Assembly: GCA_965249575.1 (NCBI GenBank)
Contig: OZ252244.1
Coordinates: 832,001 to 896,000, forward strand
Length of the DNA stretch: 64,000 nucleotides
Direction of reading: 5' to 3'
DNA from: Gemmatimonadales bacterium
GTDB taxonomy: Bacteria > Gemmatimonadota > Gemmatimonadetes > Gemmatimonadales > GWC2-71-9
The translations under genes and the position numbers were made by a program. Below, piece after piece: positions 50,709 to 59,240 of this stretch (position 1 is the stretch's first letter; each line of letters begins with the position of its first letter). The notes beneath the pieces were generated by a model that searched no databases, had not been told where the DNA came from, and worked only from the letters and a program-made list of their open reading frames with translations.

Positions 50709-52073
50709 TTGAAATCTGACGGTGTTCGCGAGCGCGTCGAAAAAGCCTACCGAGATCGCACTCCCCGCTCAGTCGCTCTCCACCGGCGTGCAACCAGGTA
50801 CTTCCCCGGCGGGGTGACCAGGTCCGTCATGACCTTCCAGCCTCATCCGACCTATATGGCGGGTGGCGCTGGCTGCACCCTCACCGACGTCGACGGGAAC
50901 GAGTATCTGGATTTCGTCAACAATTTCGGCTCGCTGATTCACGGTCATGCGCATCCGAAGATCGTGGCGGCACTTGGCGAGCAAAGTGTCCGGGGGACCG
51001 ACTACGGGGGCCCCACCGAATCGCAGATCACCCTCGTGGAAATGCTTTGCGATCGCCTCCCATCGCTCGAGCAGTTACGGTTTACCAATTCCGGGACCGA
51101 GGCGGTGCTGTACGCCATCCGAGCGGCCCGCGCCTATACCGGGCGGCCCGCGATTCTCAAGATGGAGGGGGGATATCACGGCGGGTACGACTCGGTACTG
51201 GTGAGCGTCGATCCGGGAACGGACACGCCCGCATGGCCCACGGGCCGCCCGTCGGGCCCCGGCCTGCCCCCTTCCGTCACCGAAGACACGCTCGTTGCAC
51301 CGCTTAACGACCTCGCGACCGCACGCGACCTCGTGATGAAACACCGGCACCGGCTCGCGGCAGTGATCGTCGAGCCCGTGACCATTCGGGGTGCGATCGT
51401 CGCGGAGGACGATTTCATCCGAGGGCTGCGCGACCTCACTCTCGAGGCCGGCGTGCTTCTCATCATCGATGAGGTAGTCACGTTTCGCCTGGCCCGCGGC
51501 GGGGCACAGGAGTTGGCCGGCGTCCGCCCAGACCTGACCACTCTCGGGAAAATCATCGGCGGAGGACTGCCCGTCGGTGCGTTTGGGGGCCGCGCCGACA
51601 TCATGGCGCGGTTCGACCCTCATGGAAACGACCCCGTGCACCACTCCGGGACGTTCGCGGGAAATCCCCTGACCGTCGCCTCGAGCATCACCGCACTCGA
51701 GCTGTTCACATCCTCGGAGATCCGGTGAATAAGCGACCTCGGGGACCGTTTCCGATCGAAGATCGCCGAAGTCCTCGATCGCGCCGGCGTGCCGGCTTGC
51801 GTAACGGGACGGGGCTCGCTGGTCGGAGTTCATGTGTGCGACGAACCTATTGGCGACTATCGCGCGCTCGCCCGAAGCAACCGGAGGGCGACAGGGCTCC
51901 TTCACGTAGCGCTCCTGAACCGCGGGATATTCTCTCGAGCTTCGGGGGCGTTCTACCTTTCGACTCCGATGCGCAATGCCGACGTCACGCGCGCAGTCGA
52001 TGCGTTCGCTGCGGCCGTGGCCGAGACCGCACCCTCGCTGAGACCCGCAGCGCCGCGCTCGGCGTTGGCATGA
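50709..52073 (+). CDS. Class III aminotransferase (glutamate-1-semialdehyde aminomutase-like) with a premature in-frame TGA at 51726
   Basis: FTNSGTEA, DEVVT, LGKIIGGGLPVGAFGG, HSGTFAGNP; the same frame continues past the TGA to 52073. Confidence 0.85.
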
Positions 52074-53920
52074 TCGCACGCACCCACCCGCCGTTGGCGC
52101 TGGCAACCGCCTTCGTGCTAGCGGGCTGTACGGGTTCGGCCGATGCGCCGTCATACACCTTCGGGATGGTGGGAGCTACCCCGGAGGCGGCATACACGAC
52201 TGGGCCGGTCCACGCTTTCCATATTCCCATGCGGGACGGCGTGAGGATCGCGCTCGACCTCGTGCTTCCGGAGGGCCTGGCCGACGGCGCGCGGATCCCC
52301 GCCGTCATGACGATGACCCGCTACTGGCGCTCCAGGGAGGGCGCTGGTCCGACCGGTCTGCAAGCGCTGTTTACCCGCCACGGCTATGCGGTGATTTCGG
52401 GCGACTCGCGGGGAACGGGCGCCTCGTTCGGCACGTGGGTTCACCCCCGGCAACGTGCCGAAGTGCTCGATTTCGGGGAGGTGATCGACTGGATCGTGGA
52501 GCAGCCTTGGTCCGACGGAACGGTAGGCGCCATCGGAACATCCTACGCGGCCAACACCGCGGATTGGACTGCCTTTACGGCCCGCCGAGCTCTCAAGGCG
52601 ATCATCCCGAGATTTCCGGACTTCGATCCATACACCGATCTCTACTTTCCGGGCGGGATCTTCCACTTGGCTTTCGGAAAGAACTGGAGCGAGAGCGTGC
52701 GCTCTCAGGACATGAACGAGAAGCGAATGGGCCCCGACGGTGTGACCCGGGGTGTGAGACCCGTTGACGACGATCCCGACGGCAGTTCGCTGCTGGCGGC
52801 AATCAAGGAGCGCGCGCCACTCCCCGGCTACTACGACGGCCTGGTACAGGTTGTCTACCGCGACGACCAGCCCGACATCTGGTACGGCACATTCGACGAT
52901 TTCGGAATCCACACGCAGCGCGACGTGGTCGAGCGGACGGGGCTGGCGATCTATACGTGGGGCGGGTGGATGGACGCAGGCACAGCGGCCGGCGTGCTCA
53001 AGCGATTTAAGACCTGGCGAAACCCCCAGCTGGCGGTCGTCGGGCCCTGGAGCCATGGCGGCCGCCATCACGCAAGCCCGTACTTGCCGACCGAGACCCC
53101 CACCGACCCCAACTCGGAGACACAGAGCCTAGAGACGGTGAGGTTCTTCAACTGGTATCTCAGGGGAATCGACACCGGCATCCCCGAACGGCTCCTCTTG
53201 TACTACACGATGGGGGAGGAGGTATGGAAATCGACCCCGACCTGGCCGCCGGTCGGCAGCAATCCCGTACGGTGGTACCTCGCGCCCGCTGGTTCCCTGG
53301 GGGACGACCCGCCGGACGCCGAGGCCGGCGCCGACGCATACACCGTCGATTACGAGGCTACGACCGGCACGGCCAATCGGTGGTACACGCAGCGGGGTGG
53401 TGGAGACGTGGTCTACCCAGACCGGGCCTCGGCCGACAAGGGTCTGCTCACCTATTCCAGCGGGCCGCTCGACCGCGACGTGGAGATCACGGGGTTTCCG
53501 ACGGTCACCCTGTACGTCTCCTCTACGGCCACCGATGGAGCATTCTTCGCCTATCTCGAGGAGGTCGACCCGAGCGGTGGAGTGACGTACTTGACGGAGG
53601 GACAGATCCGAGCGCTGCACCGGCGGATCTCCGACGCGGAGCCGCAGTACGACGTACCGGTTCCGCGTCACTCCTTTGAGCGCGCCGACGGGGCGCCGCT
53701 GGTACCCGGGGAAATCACTCGGCTGAGCTTTGGCCTGTTGCCGACCTCGGTCGTGGTCCGACGGGGTCACCGCTTGCGGCTCGCGATCGCAGGGGCGGAC
53801 AAGGACACGTTCGCCCGTATCCCGGCGTCCGGCCCACCCCCGGTCGTAACCGTGCAGAGAAACCGGCAGTACTCATCTCATATCGATCTTCCGATCGTCG
53901 AGCGCCGAGCGAGCCCATGA
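52070..53920 (+). CDS. CocE/NonD family serine hydrolase, lipoprotein
   Basis: Lipobox LAGC, IPMRDG, DSRGTGAS, QPWSDG, GTSY nucleophile, GPWSH. Confidence 0.9.
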   Translation: MIARTHPPLALATAFVLAGCTGSADAPSYTFGMVGATPEAAYTTGPVHAFHIPMRDGVRIALDLVLPEGLADGARIPAVMTMTRYWRSREGAGPTGLQALFTRHGYAVISGDSRGTGASFGTWVHPRQRAEVLDFGEVIDWIVEQPWSDGTVGAIGTSYAANTADWTAFTARRALKAIIPRFPDFDPYTDLYFPGGIFHLAFGKNWSESVRSQDMNEKRMGPDGVTRGVRPVDDDPDGSSLLAAIKERAPLPGYYDGLVQVVYRDDQPDIWYGTFDDFGIHTQRDVVERTGLAIYTWGGWMDAGTAAGVLKRFKTWRNPQLAVVGPWSHGGRHHASPYLPTETPTDPNSETQSLETVRFFNWYLRGIDTGIPERLLLYYTMGEEVWKSTPTWPPVGSNPVRWYLAPAGSLGDDPPDAEAGADAYTVDYEATTGTANRWYTQRGGGDVVYPDRASADKGLLTYSSGPLDRDVEITGFPTVTLYVSSTATDGAFFAYLEEVDPSGGVTYLTEGQIRALHRRISDAEPQYDVPVPRHSFERADGAPLVPGEITRLSFGLLPTSVVVRRGHRLRLAIAGADKDTFARIPASGPPPVVTVQRNRQYSSHIDLPIVERRASP

Positions 53921-55755
53921 TGCCCATCTTGCGAAGCAGCGTTTTCTTGATTGCCCTCATCTCAGGCGTGAGTGGCACCGTTCGAGGCCAGTGGCCCGAG
54001 GAGCTTGGCGCCTGCCGGGTACCCAGCCGGGCCGGACACGGCACGGGCCCCATCTGGGCACTGCACATCCCCATGCGGGACGGTGCGCAGATCGCCGTCG
54101 ACGTCGCGCTCCCGACCCCACTTCCAGTTGAAGGCCGGGTACCCACCGTGCTGACGATGACCCGATACTGGCGCGCCAGGGAGAAGAGCGGTGCAAGCGC
54201 GCTCCAGAAGCTGGTCACGGCTCACGGATACGCCGTCGTCGCAGGCGACTCGCGGGGAACGGGCGCGTCCACCGGGAAGTGGCCCCATCACCGGTCACGC
54301 GAGGAGACCCTGGACTTTGGCGAGGTCGTCGACTGGATCGTGGCGCAACCGTGGTCGAACGGCATCGTCGGCGCCATCGGCACGTCGTACTCGGCTAACA
54401 CGGCCGATTGGGTCGCGCAGAACACGCGGGCGGCGGTAAAGGCCATCATCCCGAGGTTCCCCGATTTCGATCCCTATACTGATCTCTACCTGCCAGGCGG
54501 TATCTGGCACGTAGCCTTCGGCAAGAAATGGAGCGACCGGGTGAAAGCCCAGGACCTCAACGAAAAACGCACAGGCCCTGACGGCATTCCCAGAGGCGTC
54601 AAGCCCGTCGACGCCGATCGCAACGGCCTCATGCTGGAGGCGGCCATTCGGGCACGACGCGACGTCCCACCGTTCTACGACGGGTTCATTCAGCTGACAT
54701 ATCGCGATGACGTTTCGGATCTCTGGGGCCTGTCATTCAGTGATTGGAGCATTCAAAACCAGCGCGGCGCAATGGAGCGTTCGCGCGCCGCCATGTACGC
54801 CTGGGGTGGCTGGTTCGACGCGGGAACGCAGGCGGGCGTGCTGAGGCGTTTCATGACGTGGAGCAACGTGCAGCGCGCCATCATCGGTCCGTGGAGCCAC
54901 GGCGGGCGCCATCACGCTAGTCCCTACCTGCCCTCGGATACCCCTACCGAGCCCGATGCCGACACCCAGGCCATGGAGTCGGTCTGCTACTTCGATCACT
55001 ACCTCAAGGGCATCGATCACGGGATACCGGACAAGCAGCTGATTTACTATACGATCGGGGAGGAGAAGTGGAAGACGACCGACGTCTGGCCTCCGATAGG
55101 CACAACGAATCAGCGCTGGTACATGGCCGAAGGCAACGCGCTCTCCCGCACCGCACCGACGGCCACTTCTGGCGCAGATCGATACGTCGTGGACTTCGAA
55201 GCGACGACTGGGCTCACGAACCGGTGGCAGACGCAGAGCGGTGGGGGAGACGTAGTTTACCCAGATCGCACTGAGGCCGACCAGCGCCTCCTAACCTATA
55301 CGACCCCACCCCTCAACCAGGACTTGGAGGTCACCGGTTATCCAGTCGTCTCGCTCCACGTGACGTCTACAACCACCGATGGTGCATTCTTCGCCTATCT
55401 CGAGGACGTTGGCCCTTCCGGTCGCGTGACGTACCTGACGGAGGGCCACCTCCGGGCGCTGCACCGCAAGGTCTCTAGGGATCCCCCGCCTTACATCGAG
55501 CCCGTGCCCTACCACTCCTTCGGCAGGAAAGACGGTGAATCCCTGATGCCCGGAGTACCCGCGGAGCTGACCTTCGGCCTGCTGCCAATATCCGCCCTGA
55601 TCCGGCGTGGCCACCGCATCCGCATTGCCATAGCGGGCGCGGACAAAGACACCTTCGCGCGAATTCCGGCCGAGGGTCCACCACCGGTGATCGAGCTCGC
55701 GCGCGCGCGGTTACGGGCCTCTTTCGTGGACCTACCCGCAATCGAGCGGAAATGA
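53917..55755 (+). CDS. CocE/NonD family serine hydrolase, tandem paralogue
   Basis: Same motif set (GTSY, GPWSH) and a signal peptide. Confidence 0.9.
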   Translation: MMPILRSSVFLIALISGVSGTVRGQWPEELGACRVPSRAGHGTGPIWALHIPMRDGAQIAVDVALPTPLPVEGRVPTVLTMTRYWRAREKSGASALQKLVTAHGYAVVAGDSRGTGASTGKWPHHRSREETLDFGEVVDWIVAQPWSNGIVGAIGTSYSANTADWVAQNTRAAVKAIIPRFPDFDPYTDLYLPGGIWHVAFGKKWSDRVKAQDLNEKRTGPDGIPRGVKPVDADRNGLMLEAAIRARRDVPPFYDGFIQLTYRDDVSDLWGLSFSDWSIQNQRGAMERSRAAMYAWGGWFDAGTQAGVLRRFMTWSNVQRAIIGPWSHGGRHHASPYLPSDTPTEPDADTQAMESVCYFDHYLKGIDHGIPDKQLIYYTIGEEKWKTTDVWPPIGTTNQRWYMAEGNALSRTAPTATSGADRYVVDFEATTGLTNRWQTQSGGGDVVYPDRTEADQRLLTYTTPPLNQDLEVTGYPVVSLHVTSTTTDGAFFAYLEDVGPSGRVTYLTEGHLRALHRKVSRDPPPYIEPVPYHSFGRKDGESLMPGVPAELTFGLLPISALIRRGHRIRIAIAGADKDTFARIPAEGPPPVIELARARLRASFVDLPAIERK

Positions 55756-55924
55756 GCATGGTCGCGCTCGGCGGACACAGAGAGCGCCCGCCGCGGCACG
55801 GCGGAACACCCCAAGACGGCGGGTCGCCCGAGTCGTAGCTCGCCCTACCTACCCCGCCTGCCCAGTACCGCTGTAAGGATCCTTCCAGAAAACTTCACGG
55901 TTGGTTCACGGGATCAGCGAAAAC

Positions 55925-55940
55925 TTGAACACAGGTTCAA
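55925..55940. promoter_or_regulatory. Palindromic operator upstream of the TetR gene
   Basis: TTGAAC-ACAG-GTTCAA, 20 nt before ATG 55961. Confidence 0.6.
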
Positions 55941-55960
55941 TTCGGATGAGGGGCATTCCA

Positions 55961-56137
55961 ATGCCTTCCGATTCGCTGCAAGCGGCCATTTCTCCACGAG
56001 TCCAAGAGAAGCGTAGACGGCGCCGAGAGGAGATTCTCCACGCAGCATTCCGCGCCTTCCGTGACACTGGCTATCACGCCACCACGCTGGACGATATCGC
56101 CAGCCAACTCGGCATTCGAAAGACGGCGCTCTATCAC
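55961..56137 (+). pseudogene. TetR-family regulator, HTH only (3'-truncated)
   Basis: RREEILHAAFRAF…GYHATTLDDIA..LGI.KTALYH, after which similarity stops. Confidence 0.8.
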
Positions 56138-56142
56138 CCCCG

Positions 56143-56280
56143 TCCCAGGTTCCAGCGGCTGCGCACGAGATCGTCGATCTGCTTCGTGGCCACATCAACC
56201 GTGAGGATGAAGTCCTCTTCCCGACAGCGCGAGAGATCCTCGGAACTGAAGGGCTCTCCGTGTTGGCACATCGCCTGTAG
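56143..56280 (+). pseudogene. C-terminal fragment of a hemerythrin-domain protein
   Basis: Manual translation …IVDLLRGHINREDEVLFPTAREILG…HRL-stop (H-x3-E-x3-LFP motif). Confidence 0.65.
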
Positions 56281-56750
56281 CCGCATGCCGATACCCAAGG
56301 GCGATGCCTCGGGCGTGTTGGACCGGCGGTTGGAACTCTCGGCCGGGTCGGGGTTCTAAGAAACCGTACCGGCCTTCGACACCACCGGCGAGAAACCATG
56401 CCTCCTCAGGCACCATCCCGGAAACCCGCGACCCGCATCGCCGCCGCCGTTCTGCTTCTGCTGCTCGTGACGTTCATCGCCAGAGAGGCAGTTGTCGGAG
56501 GATGCGTGATTGGCCTGACGGCTCCCACAGGCTACGGGCTGACCGCGCCGACTCCGAATTAGACCGGACCGGACGCTCGACAGGTTCCCCAGCCTCGCGG
56601 TTTCAGCCGCGTACCTCCCTTGAAATTAGGCAAGGCGATCGACCTCGGGTCGCTGGCGCTTCCGATACCGATGCTACAGCTTATTGAGCGCCACGCATCG
56701 TCGGTCCCCGCACGCTTGTTCCACGAGACGAAAACACGACTGGAGGCGAG

Positions 56751-57818
56751 ATGACCAGCCTGACACGGCGCGACTTCGTTCAAGGTGCAGGGCTGTCTGC
56801 GGTTATCGGCGCGGTGTCCGGCAAGCGCGTCCTCTCGGCACGCTCCACAACCGGCACCGGCTCGACCCGGCCCGGCCCGGCCCGGCCCGGCATTTACGAA
56901 GAGCTGGGGATTCGCCCTCTCATCAACGCCGCCGGCACGTATACGGCCCTCAGCGCCTCGCTCATGCCTCGAGATGATCAGGCGGGTCCCCGAAGCCTCT
57001 GGAATGAAGAACGAGGTCATCATCCAGAGGTCGCATCGCTTCTCGTACGACCACGCCATCCGGAATGTCGGCGTGACGCTCGTGGAGGTCGAAACCGAAG
57101 AAGAGCTACGGGCGGCCGTCAACGACCGGACGGCCATGATGTTCTTCTTGAACTACCACGACCCGAAGGGCGATATCAAGCGCGCTCGATTTGCCGAGCT
57201 CGCCAAGGAGCTGGGCATTCCCAGCCTCATCGATGCCGCTGCCGATCTCCCGCCCGCCGAGAACCTCCGGGCTTTCACTGCTCTGGGATACGACATGGTT
57301 GCATTCAGTGGGGGGAGGGGTTGCGTGGGCCTCAGTGTTCCGGATTGTTGCTGGGCAGGAAGGACCTCATCGACGCCGCGTTCCTCAATGGCTCCCCACA
57401 CTCAGATTCGGTGGGCCGAATCGCCAAGGTCGGGAAGGAGGAGATCGTGGGTCTTCTGACGGCGGTCGAACTCTACGTCGAGAAAGACCATGAGGCTGAG
57501 TGGGGTGACTGGGAAGACCGGGTGCGCCACATCGGGGCGGCGGTGACCAAGATCGGCGGTGTGACCGCTGAGCGCTTCGTGCCCGAGATCGCCAATCAGG
57601 TGCCCCACCTGGCGATCACTTGGGACACCGACAGCGTGGACATTGACCGGGAATCGTTCATCCAGGCTCTCCGCGACGGCGAGCCCCGCATCGAGCCGCG
57701 GCCGGGATCATCAGACGACAATCGACTCGAGATCGGCGTCTGGATGATGCAGCCCGGCGAGCACCGCATCGTCGCAAGTCGCTGCGCAGAAATCCTGGGC
57801 GCCGCCTCACGGTCCTGA
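56751..57818 (+). pseudogene. SelA/DgaE-like PLP-dependent enzyme with Tat signal; apparent internal deletion plus one frameshift
   Basis: GGAGG SD, TRRDFV, INAAGTYTAL, KNEVIIQ, IDAAA, FSGG(K)GLRGPQ.SG, KVGKEEI; breaks near 56970 and 57316. Confidence 0.8.
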
Positions 57819-57863
57819 CACCGAAGTCCTCACCCAGCGCGCCCCGCGCCGACTGAGACTCCA

Positions 57864-59234
57864 ATGAGGACGACGGAACGCCAGAGAGCGGGGCGAACGC
57901 TACTGGCGGCCGCGGTCACCTTGTCGATGCTTGCGGGATGCTCGACCGCGCCAGACGCCTACCCCACCAGACCGATTCAGCTGATCAGCCCGTGGGCCGT
58001 CGGTGGCGGTACGGACCGGCTCGCACGCCAGGTCGCCCGCTTCCTCGAAGAGGACCTGCATGTTCCGGTGGTCGTCATCAACGCTACGGGAGGGGCTGGG
58101 GTCACGGGGCACAGCCGCGGGGCCAACGCCCGACCGGACGGCTACACGCTCACAATGATGACCGTGGAGATCAACATGCTCCACTGGCGGGGCCTCACCA
58201 ACATCGGGTCGGAGGACTTTGAGCCCGTCGCGCTGATCAACCGGGACCCAGCGGCTGTATTCGTGCGAGCGGACGACACGCGATTCCGGAACTTCGAGGA
58301 GGTCCTCACAAGCGCGCGCGGCGATTCGGACGAACTCACGGCCTCCGGCGCCGCGTCCGGAGGCATTTGGCATCTCGCGCTAGCCGGAGCACTGAACGCA
58401 GCGGGCATGCTCCCGGATCAGATTCGCTGGATCCCGACGAACGGCGCTGCTCCGGCGCTTCAAGAGCTGATCAGCGGCGGCATCGACCTAGTGGTCTGCA
58501 GCGTCCCTGAGGCCCGATCCTTCCTGGTAGCCGGCAGGGTGCGGAGCCTTGGGCTGATGGCGAGCGAACGCCTGGCGGAGCACCCGTCGATCCCAACCCT
58601 GATTGAGGGAGGTCTCGACTGGACTATGGGAAGTTGGCGGGGCCTCGGACTGCCAAACAGCACCGCGGCGGCGCGGCTGGACCGTCTCGCGAACGCTATC
58701 GCCAGGATCGTGGCCGGAGAAGTATCAGTCAACGACACCCGGTTCCCGGACGTCCTGTCCAACGAAGGGTTCACCCTCCAGTTCGAGGACCCTCAACAGT
58801 TCCGCACCTCGCTCACCCGGAGCGATTCCGAGCTCGGGGCGTTGCTCACGAGCCCGGCCTTCTCGTCGCTTCACACGGGGCCGTTCGACGCCATGGGGTT
58901 CCCGAAGCTGATCATCGGAGCGCTCTGCGTAGCCCTCCTGGTCCTGGCGGTGGGGCGCTCCGGGGGGCGGGCGCCATCCACGGCGACGGTGCCCGCCCGA
59001 GCCGAATTGGTCCCGGCCGCGGAAGTCGTCTTCGCCGTGGCGATCTACGCGTTGCTCGCCGAAGTCATCGGTTTCGTCATTCTCGGAATCGTGATTCTTG
59101 CGGTGCTCCTCCGCCGGACGGGGAATCGCTGGGTGCCGAGTCTAGCAGTTTCGGGATTACTGGTGCCGACGGTCTATACGGTGTTCTCCACGCTCCTTCG
59201 GGTACCGCTTCCCCGCGGGGTGTTCGGTTGGTGA
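57864..59234 (+). CDS. Tripartite tricarboxylate transporter binding protein TctC fused to a TctB-like membrane domain
   Basis: Lipobox LAGC, YPTRPI..I.PWAVGGGTD, PDGYTL; four C-terminal TM helices ending F…LRVPLPRG. Confidence 0.85.
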   Translation: MRTTERQRAGRTLLAAAVTLSMLAGCSTAPDAYPTRPIQLISPWAVGGGTDRLARQVARFLEEDLHVPVVVINATGGAGVTGHSRGANARPDGYTLTMMTVEINMLHWRGLTNIGSEDFEPVALINRDPAAVFVRADDTRFRNFEEVLTSARGDSDELTASGAASGGIWHLALAGALNAAGMLPDQIRWIPTNGAAPALQELISGGIDLVVCSVPEARSFLVAGRVRSLGLMASERLAEHPSIPTLIEGGLDWTMGSWRGLGLPNSTAAARLDRLANAIARIVAGEVSVNDTRFPDVLSNEGFTLQFEDPQQFRTSLTRSDSELGALLTSPAFSSLHTGPFDAMGFPKLIIGALCVALLVLAVGRSGGRAPSTATVPARAELVPAAEVVFAVAIYALLAEVIGFVILGIVILAVLLRRTGNRWVPSLAVSGLLVPTVYTVFSTLLRVPLPRGVFGW

Positions 59235-59240
59235 GCCGAT

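Noticed and set aside
51725..52069. 731-aa version of the first CocE hydrolase
   Set aside because: The extension overlaps the aminotransferase C-terminus; ATG 52070 gives a clean lipoprotein signal.
50709..52073. Genome-wide TGA reassignment (alternative genetic code)
   Set aside because: Many genes here end at TGA with ATGA/GTGA coupling, and TGG is used for Trp.
56751..57818. SelA-like gene as evidence of selenocysteine machinery supporting the peroxiredoxin call
   Set aside because: The Tat leader and motifs fit the SelA-related/DgaE-like group rather than true selenocysteine synthase; no selB/selC/selD in the window.
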